Origin: Phoronis australis | Lineage: Eukaryota > Animalia > Phoronida | Assembly: GCA_002633005.1 (NCBI GenBank) | Contig: NMRA01000703.1 | Span: forward strand, 91,881 to 129,856 | DNA length: 37,976 bases | Direction: 5' to 3' | Part shown: one piece after another, positions 11,401-20,532 of the stretch | Layout: each line of letters begins with the position of its first letter | Position numbering within the stretch: the first letter of the stretch is position 1 | Translations under genes and position numbers: made by a program | Notes under the pieces: model-generated | What the model was told of the DNA's origin: nothing | The model's input: only the letters and a program-made list of their open reading frames with translations | Databases searched by the model: none

Positions 11401-12075
11401 TTGATTTATTTCTTAGTTTCACAACCAGAAAAATGTTAGTACCTTGACAGTTTCGGCTCCTCTCAGCAGCATCTTCCGAAGCTATTGGACACTAACTTAA
11501 GATCTCGACAGATAAGAGTCTATTTGAGTCAGAAAAAGTGGTTCAGTTATGAACAGGGAAGATGGGGGGTATAAGTTATCTAAAATTTGGAACAGTCTCA
11601 TCACCACACCACCTAGTGTCCAATAGCTTCGAAAGATGGCTGCTGGGAGGAGCCGAAACTGTAAAGGTACCAACACTTTTCTGGTTGTGAAAATAAGAAA
11701 TAAGCAATTTGTAGTCTACCAACCTTACAAAATTAGTTAGTGATAGCCAAGAAACTTGTTTCTGATGACAACGAAAGGGAAGCAAGGGTTCATCACGTGA
11801 AATGAGCATTGCGTGCCAATGAATATCATGACTGGATGTTTAATGTAAGTAACGAGGAACGACCACGACAGAGCAACCCCCCAGATCCTCCGATCATGAA
11901 CTTCCCTGTGTGTATTCCCTGTCAGAGGCAACTCCGAAAGGATTCACACCATCTTTCGTAAACACAACATCAAATCGTTTCACAAACTGTTTAACACTAT
12001 TTGGTCCATCCTCCAATTAAGGAAAGACGTGTCACGCCCCACGAGAGGTGTGATGTGATGATCTACCAAATACAA
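11401..12075 (+). mobile_element. Penelope-like retroelement remnant: inverted pLTR, 3' end, and RT-C-terminus/GIY-YIG linker
   Basis: ~94-bp inverted arms at 11401-11494 and 11614-11707. The spacer encodes VRKSGSVMNREDGGYKLSKIWNSLI (PLE endonuclease C-terminal NRDxG motif). 11745-12075 translates, with disruptions, to AKKLVSDD..HVK*ALRANEYHDWMF..VCIP..RGNSERIHTIFRKHNIKSFHKLFNTI..LVHP..ERCDVMIYQI. Confidence 0.85.
11624..11669 (+). ncRNA. Degenerate type-I hammerhead-ribozyme-like motif in Penelope pLTR (mirror copy 11440-11484, -)
   Basis: TAGCTT-CGAAAGA-T-GGCT(loop)AGCC-GAAAC-T-GTA-AAGGTA. The mirror copy has CGGAAGA...GAAACTGTC. The core deviates from CUGANGA, so it is likely inactive. 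Confidence 0.5.
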
Positions 12076-12682
12076 ACTTGGATAAACTTCTTACCAAAAT
12101 CATTAGGCGGTTTAATTCTACTTTGTCATAATAAAATAGCATCTTTGTCACACTTTTGTCAAAATTTAAACCCACGTCATTGCGCCTCAGGCCACTAACT
12201 GTTCATTTATGTAATGGACATGTGCAAGTTAGCCTGATTTAAACACTATGGATGGAGCAACAACTGTCAAGATTTAGCCACAATTGAAACGATTTTGGAA
12301 AGGATATTTTTAAGTCATGGTTTTGTGCGCTGAAACTTTCTCAAGTTTCCATGCTGGCCAGTTTATTTTGAAAAATATGTATTGTAGATGAAAATGCTGG
12401 GAGTGGCAAATGACAGGTCAATACTCCACTGAAGAAAGAAAAGTAACGACACACCGTGTGTGTGCATCAGGTCAGGAACAGGTGTGACATGATGCCACGA
12501 TGCCAGTATGGTACGCCACCTCAGGCAGGTGATGCGGATGAACAAAGAAAGCTAAATCATGTATAACCATGGAATACACTTAATGTGCAAGTCTGACATT
12601 TCAAGCGCTCTGACATTATGTCACGTTTACCATTTTTTTAAAGCAACACTACAACATATCAAGGGAAGGTGCTATACTGTTA

Positions 12683-14404
12683 CCGTATTCACCCTAATAA
12701 GCGCCCATGCCCCTTAAAGCACTCCCCACGTTTTCAGACTTCGCTGAAATAAGCGCAACCCCATGAACGTGTACATGCGGAAAATGTCTTACCACAGTCC
12801 TAAAATTCTATATTAACGGTCCTCAATTTATCAACAAGATCCGGCAGTCCTGGACAAGTCATTGTGCACGGAATTTCTTAACCACCAGCCTTGCCACTAT
12901 GTCGGTATTTAGCTGTGACTATACACTTTAAACTTCCGCCGTGCTTCAAAAAGAATACAAAAGTTCTGCTGATCTCGCGAGGAACGTGTCCCACTGTGGT
13001 CTAGTCTTTCAGGAGAGACACAACCCACTCTTGTTAACGGGACTGAAATTTCATGTCAAGATGTACAGCAAGTTTCTAAATCTTCTGTCTCAACAGGATT
13101 CCAAATTTTTTTGTTCAGTCATGTGAAAACCGTGAATCAATGACTGATACTCAAAGTGTGATATTCAGCTGACTAGTCTCACAAATAAAAACACTTGTTA
13201 AAAGCACGTGGCCACGAAGTGCACGCTACATACCTTTCGTAGACATCAGTCTTCAGGAACTATTCATAGCACTACGGGTAGCACAGCACTAATTTCTGAC
13301 TGAAAGTTTCTAATGCCATAAAAGCTGTTGCAATATTTGCGAGGAATTGTTTTATTAACTGCTTTTTTAACTTATTCATAATTGGTGTTTTTAAAGTCAT
13401 TACCTAATAAAAATACATGCACGTAACCAGCCTAAAAGATGAGGGGCTCGAATTTTTGAGAATGTGGATTGGGTATGTTCACAGCTATGAATTGTGCATT
13501 CGTCAAATATAGGTAGTTCCTGCGTTTTTAGTGAACTTTTGTCTTGTTTTATACTTTTTTGGAGTTTTTGTTTCTCTGAGGCGGACCTTTTTGCTCATTC
13601 GAGCCCCCCTGGGTGTGCGCATGAAATGCCTCACTGAAAGTGAACACCTCTGCACCCTCACACCCCAATCTTTCCTGAAATAACTTGTCAGTCACCCGGC
13701 GACTCACACATTAGTAATATCGGCCTTACACAGAAAATATTCTCAAAGATTTTAATAGATGAAAACCAACAAGTGCTGAATAACACAACGCTCTGCATTT
13801 TACTGCTTGTGTTAATTTGTTTAGTTACAATATGCACTAGATCGTTACATAGTGTTTACTCTGGCAAATGAGCAGTAATGACCCGCATGCACTCGCTCAC
13901 TCACAGACAAAGACCAACAACAACAACAGGTAGGTGTGTTCGTCCAGGGATTTTTCTTGTGTTGCGGGGGGGGGGTACAATCTTGCGCAGACTTCGAACT
14001 ATCCTGCTGTTGATCCCGACTGCACAGGAACTAAAAAATCTAAGTGACACTATTTGGAAACCTTAAGTGAGGATTTCAGGTAATTTGCTCTGAGTTGAAA
14101 CTGTATTTTTATTCAAGCTGTCATGTCGAAGATCCTGAGACTGCCATGCATCGGTGAGTTTTCGCCCTGGGATCTCAGAAAAATTTTCGGTAAAATGATT
14201 GGAATTTGTCACCAATTAGATTGATAGCAATGCACCAGTTTTGAAGAAAGTCTGTCATAGGTTACAGATACATCACGGAGCGTAAATTTGGTGAATCCTA
14301 GCTTCTGATTTCACCTGTTTCAAGTGCCTTAGGTTACAATAAGTGCCCCCCACCCCTGAAACGAATTCTTCTAAGCGCCCAGGCGCTTACAAGGGCGAAT
14401 ATGG
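12683..14404 (+). mobile_element. Tc1/mariner-type non-autonomous element, family M, copy 3 (longest)
   Basis: TA|CCGTATTCACCCTAATAAGCGCCC ... GGCGCTTACAAGGGCGAATATGG|TA. Colinear with copies 1 and 2. Confidence 0.85.
13416..13623. mobile_element. Small MITE nested in family-M copy 3
   Basis: Absent at the equivalent position of copy 2 (AAGTCA|AAATG). Imperfect TIRs CATGCACGTAACCAG / CTGGGTGTGCGCATG plus internal GGGGCTCGAA / TTCGAGCCCC. No clear TSD. Confidence 0.5.
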
Positions 14405-16433
14405 TATTTGCTATTCTCACAACCAGAATAACAAATATTACAAGGGCTTGTCATTGTCACATTCACCACCTGCTATATTTGCAACTTACGAGCATGTTCA
14501 CAGATTGAACAGGCAGAGGGTGATAAACGCGATGTCACAGATTCTCTTCATATTTTCTCAGTGTGATCAGCCTCACCTCACTGACACCAGACCATTTATA
14601 TTTTTTTTTCAAAACGCTCCCTTTTGGTTTCCATGGATACCATTCGTTTCTGGCCAGTTTTTAGCCTGGCAGCAGTTGAGTTTCAGCAAAATTTCAAGTG
14701 TTAGCTTGAGCAGTGGAAGTAACGTTGAAACACTGAACCTGTGTTACTGATCGGGAGTGACCTTCGACTACTTTATTCACGCAAATTTGAAAGATTTTGA
14801 CAATTCTTTGTTGATTTTGAGAGCTGTGTAAAATAAGTACTTTTAGTGATTTTTGAAATAGTTGAATTGGGCTAAATTTGTCTCGCAATACCTCAGAACA
14901 TTTTTAGTACCAACCAATCTGCTGACCTACCTTAGATCTACAAAATAAGATGAAAAAATCATCTGGCGCCAAAAAGTTTCATGTCATTTGAAATCGATAC
15001 TTACTCGTGGTTACGTCATTTCACCACAATGAGTAATGCCAAAAGACGTCAATAAAAAGTGAATAATCGCTATTAGTTGGCATGCAAACTGCAAATCAAT
15101 TTCAGCATTTATCAAATCATTGTAATTTCTAGGCCCCGAGGTTACTCTATTTTATTTCTGAAAGGTTCTTGTAGTTATAGAATTTAGCACTTACCAGACA
15201 AACAGCAGTAGTTTTGGCAAGACTATATTTGCGACGGTCGAAATTAATTGTCTCACTGGTTTTGCAAAGTTCAGTTATTCTAATTGGTACAGCCAAAAGA
15301 AACAAACACCGCCAATAAGCCATTTTCATAATACTTTCGTTAAAAAATTGTGGTAGCCCCCCCCCTTCTTGCGACTTTCTGGATCTCACAGTGTTTATGA
15401 GCAATATCATTTATTTATGTTTTGATCTGTCGCCGTTTGATTAACACAGAAGTATGTACTGTAAGTTCCTCTGGAGTGAGTCTGAACAAATGTTATTTTT
15501 TGTGGAATTTTTAAGAGGTTTTCACACAGGACCTTGGAAGCGGAGGAAAGGGTGAGGGTGAGTTTCGTTGACAATCATAGGGAAAGGCAAAACTACTGGT
15601 GGCCAGAGTTCCATGAACGTTATATAGCTGTCAGTGTCCTAATAACTTCATTTTTGGAGTGGTATGGCTATTGGTATCACTTTTCTGTCTGTATACAATG
15701 TGTAGTGACTGACGCAAGTGAGAAATGGGCGACTTTCAAGAAGTAATGGAGTCTGACAACGTGGAAGCGGCTACTAGGAGATACTTGATATGCGCAGTGG
15801 GAGGCACAGAGAAACATAGTTGACTAACTGTGTGTGACTAGATTTGAGAAGTTAAAAAAAAGTGAAATTACTTCCTAGTCATCTGGTCCCACGTGATCAG
15901 CCGTTACTGGTAGCAATATCAGATTTTCATCCACTATAGAGGTCATGTGAATGAAGTGAAGACGATAAAGGCTGCTTTCAGTATAAAGTCCATCAGTACT
16001 AGACAAGTATTGTATTGTAGCTCATGTTTTTCCCCAACTTCTCAGCAGACACAAAATAAACAGCATATAAACTCTTAAAACAGTTCTGACTTCAAAATAT
16101 AGCTTCATACACATTGGGTTCTAATCGCTAAATCTTTGTTTAATAGCAAGACTATCAACTTTTTCTTTGGCAAAATTCCAACAGACCTCCGACATCTAAA
16201 TGTGTTAACTGATCTAAAAGCTAATGAACTGGCTCTAATCACATACCGTACACGTAACTCGTCAGTGTACATATACAATATTGGACCACTTCAAAGTCAA
16301 AAATGACATTTAAAGGTGAAGGCAACCTTTTTCCATGTCCTTTTGAGCTAAAATAAGGTTGGTTGGTTTTCCTAGACATATTTTCCACTTAATTACAGCT
16401 TTTCGTAATTTTATTAATTACACGTCCGCTACT

Positions 16434-16446
16434 GCGGAAGTGACGT
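16434..16446 (+). promoter_or_regulatory. Overlapping ETS-CRE-like motif GCGGAAGTGACGT in left TIR only
   Basis: Sequence match to the CGGAAGTGACGT composite motif, ~130 bp upstream of the transposase ATG. The 12 nt TGCGGAAGTGAC are missing from the right TIR. Confidence 0.4.
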
Positions 16447-16578
16447 TTTAGGAGGCAAGCATTTCGCGCCAATATCTTTTCATATAGTCTGACTGTGAGA
16501 GCTGCCGAGTTAGTCATTGTTCTATCTCGGTTGTGTTAAGTTCCGTCGTCATTTGCTTTCATTTACTAGTGAGTCAAC

Positions 16579-17348
16579 ATGCCACACTGTTGCTGGGTAC
16601 CGGAATGTACTAATTAGCGGCTCACGCGCGCTTTGGGAGTACCTTTGCATCGCTTTCCGATGGATGACACACTTCGCCGTACTTGACTCGTTCGTGTGAA
16701 GAACGCAGCGTTACCCGTCCACGCAACGTACAAAGCAGTGGAGAATAACCGAGTGTGTGGCAAGCACTTTCTGCCGTCCGATTACGAAAGGGATTTGTAC
16801 GCTGAACTGATGAAGGTCACTGCGAAACAACGCCTGAAGAAGGATGCCATTCCGTCTGTGTTGATTCCCGGCAGTGCCCTGTCGCCACCCCCGAGATGTG
16901 CGTTTTTGAAGAGAGAAGCCTCGCGAGCTGTGGCCAGTACAGTGACTGGAGCCAGTGGAGGCACTTCATCTACTGTCACCCGTGCCTCCGAACGTACCCC
17001 AGAGCGTGCAATTCCTGGAACCATTAGTGATTCGCCCTGTGCTGTTTTCTCCAGCCCAGGGCCTCTAGTAAGCAGCCCTGCAGCGATATTGAGTAGTGGG
17101 AGTGATTACAGGCCCAGTTCGACACCCAGTGAAGAGGACAGTTCGTCGTTCAGTGAACAGATCGGTGAGCCAAACTTTGATAAGTTTATTGTGGACTTGT
17201 CTATTTAGAAGGTGCCAGGTGTGTGGCGAGGGAGTCACACGACACGATGTAAGCAGTTTGGGTGCTCATGTTACCATCCATTGGGAGTGTGTCGCGGGAC
17301 ACTCTGGCAAGTGGGACAGTTGTTCCTCTATCCGTGGTTGCCGGAGGT
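16579..17348 (+). pseudogene. 5' part of Kolobok transposase: THAP domain, Ser-rich linker, CxxC...CxxGH zinc finger; DDE domain deleted
   Basis: MPHCCWVPECTN*RL..LHRFP..LRRT*LVRV..RVCGKHFLPSDY..RLKKDAIPSV, with stops at 16615 and 16684 (the latter replaces the conserved Trp). Then DKFIVDLS / frameshift / LFRRCQVCG..GAHVTIHWECVAGHSGKWDS. Confidence 0.88.
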
Positions 17349-17660
17349 CCACTTAACCATGTCCAGTAGTGGCTTGGCCTCGTCGAACTCTGAACAGCAC
17401 AAGCATTCCATTGAGGTAGGCATAACAACGCACACAGTGCATTTGCACCAAGATGTGTCACCACGTCTGTCCTTAGTAGCCGCCTCGTTTCTCTCATCAG
17501 CTGCCTGTGCCTGTGCGTACTCTGCCTCGTTATACTCGGGCTCAAACATGTACCCACCCACTGAATGTCCGTGAAAAAATTCCTCGTCACCACTGCTGTG
17601 AACAAGGTCTCCGTCACTCACACTACTGTCACTATGATGCGGGTCACCGACTCCAGCCAT
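17328..17660 (-). pseudogene. N-terminal ~100 aa of KolX / P2X7 C-terminal (ballast)-like Cys-rich protein, truncated by internal deletion
   Basis: AAAATGGCT start at 17660: MAGVGD..GYMFEPEY..RRGDTSWCKCTVCVVMPTSMECLCCSE. The YxFEP and WCxCxxCxxMPTxxExxCCxE motifs are characteristic of this family. Confidence 0.85.
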
Positions 17661-19059
17661 TTTCAGCTTACAACACACTAAACAATCCCTAAATCCAACC
17701 TAGTTGAGTTCTCTACTAACCTATCTTGCCGCAGAATACTCGCCAATGGAAAGTGGTGGCGACAATTGTTGGAAAACAGCACAAAACAAAAGTAGAATAG
17801 AACAGATTCGCACGGTAAAGTCAACGCAAAACCAAGTGGCGGGAAACGCTTGCCTCCTAAAACGTAGCGGACGAGTAATTAATAAAATTACGAAAAGCTG
17901 TAATTAAGTGGAAAATATGTCTAGGATAACCAACCAACCTTATTTTAGCTCAAAATGACATGGAAAAAAGGTTGCCTTCGCCTTTAATATGACTAGAATC
18001 TGGATTAACACTTACCACCCAGTCAATTTATACAAAGTACCAAGGAAAAAAATGAGATATCTAAATGTGTAAACTGAACTAAATGTCAGTGAACTGGTAT
18101 GACACTCGCAATGTTAAACTTTCAAAATACAGGTGACCTCCTTATTTCGTCATCACATACCGTACACGTAACTCGTCCGAGTCTGCATATACGATGCTGG
18201 ACCACTTTTAAGTCAAAAATGATATTCAATGTGACTACAATCTGGTTTAACACTTGTTATCCAGTTAATTAATACAAAGTAAAATGAAAAAATGAGATAT
18301 CTAAATGTGTTAATTGACCCAAATGCCAGTGAATTGGCTTGGGTATGACACTCCCACAGTTAACTTTTCAAAATACTGGTGCCCTTGCTGAACTCGTCAT
18401 CATATATGGTACGTGAAATTCGCCAGCCTGCCTATGTCATCACCTTTCGTTTGTCTAGTACATAAGACAACATTCAGATAAGGCCTCGCCTTTTAGTTAA
18501 GTTAGTTTGAGTGTATTATGAATTTGAAAGATGAAAACTGAAATAGCAGCATGTTTAAGTAAAACCTAAGGCCGCAAAGTAGTTTCTAAAAAACTGGACA
18601 ATGAAAATTCGACTGAACACAGACTAAATATCCAGCTTTTACTAGAACCCACTTATACTTTGGCTGACAAAATCACAACACGTATTGCTTTGCTTCAGTT
18701 TCTACAATATCACGTCAGTAACAATTGGTTAAATCACTTAGGCAATCCAACCAATTGCCCAATCTTCCGGTGAAATCTGAAGTCTTCGTCGACAACACTG
18801 TTAAATTCATTGTCTCCATAATTTGACAACTTCCCAGCGCGGTTCAAGACAGCCAAGCATGACAAGAAATTCTTAGCCTGCTGTGGTGTTCAGCCACTCT
18901 CCCTCCCTAAATTGCTTAATATCCTTCTTCAACACCTGGGCAGTTCTTGTGAGGTCTGCTTTGTAGTTCTCCTTTCTGGAAAATGACAATAACACTTGGC
19001 AACTAGATGAGTTTTGCACATAATCTTGCACTAAACTTTCAACTGACACAAGACAGTAA

Positions 19060-20532
19060 CAGACAATTTCATAAAGGTGGTTTGAAGTTAAACCTGGTTT
19101 AAACTGAACTTAGACCAAGTTAAAGAAAATCTGCATTTCATAAAGGTGGTTTAACTTTTATACCAGTGGTCTTGTAAAACCCTGTTTAACTCCAGTTTAG
19201 ACCTGGTCTAAGTCAGTTTTCATTTCACCAACAAGGTATATATTACTTAGACCTGTATTAAAATCTTAAATCAGGTTTAACTTTAGACTTGGTCATACCC
19301 AGGCAGATATAGGTGCTAATGAATGATGCTGTGGTACGCATTTAATATGCAGTTTTACAGCAAGAACGGACTATTTTCAATATTCAGTTTTAGGACAATT
19401 CATGATCAAACGTAACAGGGGCGACCAAGAGTTTTTAAAAGGGGGGTGGGATCAATGATTTTTAAAAGGAAGGTCTGGGTCAACAATTTGAAAAAATTAT
19501 AGATTTGATATCACTAAATCAAGGGAAAAAGGGTCCAAACCCCTTGAACACATGGATCCGCCTATATGTAGACCAGGATGTACCGAAGGGTGTCCTTGGG
19601 ATTCCTCAGAATATGAAGGTTCGAGCAGAGCGTAATCATTGCAAGCGCAACATGTAAGACTAAAAAGGCATATAATGATTATTCTGGCCGATTTCCATCT
19701 CAATTGGTCCCCAATTTAAGGTTGCTGGCCAGGGGCTTGCCTCAGAGGCGGATTTAGCGGGGGTCCAAGGGGGCCATGGCACCCCTAAAATTCTCCTAAA
19801 TTCCATTAGGCAGTTCGGGGGTGCGAATGTCGGACGGACAAAATCCTGGCTAATACTCTGCCCTGACCCCGTAACTCAAAATCCTGGATCTGTCCCTTTG
19901 CCCCCTTTTGGTAGCAAAAAAAGTAAAATGACATGGAGGGAAATGGGTGCATTTACTATGTTGCAAGTACTTTAACGTGTGTACAGACAATACAAAATGA
20001 AAAATATCTCATGATAACCTAGATCTGCCTTTGGGTCCCTCACAGTTTTTCTGGGCAAATTTTCACTGATGAAATTTTCTTTCTGGCCTTTATTCTGGAG
20101 CGGAAATATCTCTCCAAGCCTAATGCTTACGTTGACTTGATTTGGCATTAATTCTCTTGTTCTTGACTCTGACATTGGATTTTTCTCTGATCAGTTATGT
20201 GAGGAAACAGTTTTCCTCGTGATAAAAACTTTTAGCCCTTTTTCGCAAATGTCTGCATTGATTCTACTGCTGTGTGCCATTGCGTACCCACATGATCAAG
20301 GTTTCATTGAAGCACTTCAATAGTTTCTTTGTTGGGTTAATCCGGATGAACAGCTTGGATACTTTAAACCTGGTTTTACTAAACTCACTTTATGGTCTAA
20401 CAAAACCAGTCTTTCAGACTTTTAAACCACATTGGTGAAATACAAGTTAGGTCAAAAATTAGACCAGGTTTAGGAAGACCAGGTTTAAGTCTTAAACCTG
20501 GTTTTGTTAAACCACCTTGATGAAATTGGCTG
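19060..20532 (-). mobile_element. Non-autonomous PIF/Harbinger element with decayed Myb/SANT-like ORF
   Basis: TAA TSD (19057-19059 / 20533-20535). TIRs CAGACAATTTCATAAAGGTGGTTT / AAACCACCTTGATGAAATTGGCTG. AAACCTGGTTT subterminal palindromes. Minus-strand 20095-20280 gives SFYHEENCFLT*LIREN..KNKRINAKSSQRKH*AWRDISA. Confidence 0.75.
19416..19900. mobile_element. Two short degenerate hAT-like MITEs (CAGGGGCG...GGATCCGCC type) nested in the Harbinger
   Basis: CAGGGGCGACC (19416)...TGGATCCGCCTAT (~19565) and CAGAGGCGGATTTAG (19743)...CCTGGATCTGTCCCTT (~19898). TSDs not resolved. Confidence 0.45.

Larger units (their letters stand above)
16314..17983 (+). mobile_element. Non-autonomous, internally deleted Kolobok DNA transposon, family A (1670 bp) with ~150-bp TIRs
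   Basis: TTAA TSD at 16310-16313 and 17984-17987. AGG...CCT termini. Near-perfect long TIRs 16314-16471 / 17837-17983. Convergent THAP-transposase and KolX remnants. Confidence 0.93.
16190..18440. repeat. ~240-bp degenerate tandem duplication interrupted by Kolobok-A
   Basis: ATCACATACCGTACACGTAACTCGTC at 16238 and 18152. GATATCTAAATGTGT at ~18056 and ~18296, with a variant at 16191. Confidence 0.75.

Noticed and set aside
11762-11776. CTGATGA-CAAC-GAAA as a perfect hammerhead core
   Set aside because: No stem II and no downstream cleavage triplet with stem III. It is simply coding sequence (VSDDNE) of the Penelope RT remnant.
18870-18975. Acceptor (TTTTCCAG|) followed by CACAAGAACTGCCCAGGTGTTGA, faintly like the final RH exon (HKxC..CPRC)
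   Set aside because: In the required phase it reads ERRTTKQTSQELPRC*. The CxxC(F/Y)H ligands are absent, and the resemblance needs a frameshift.
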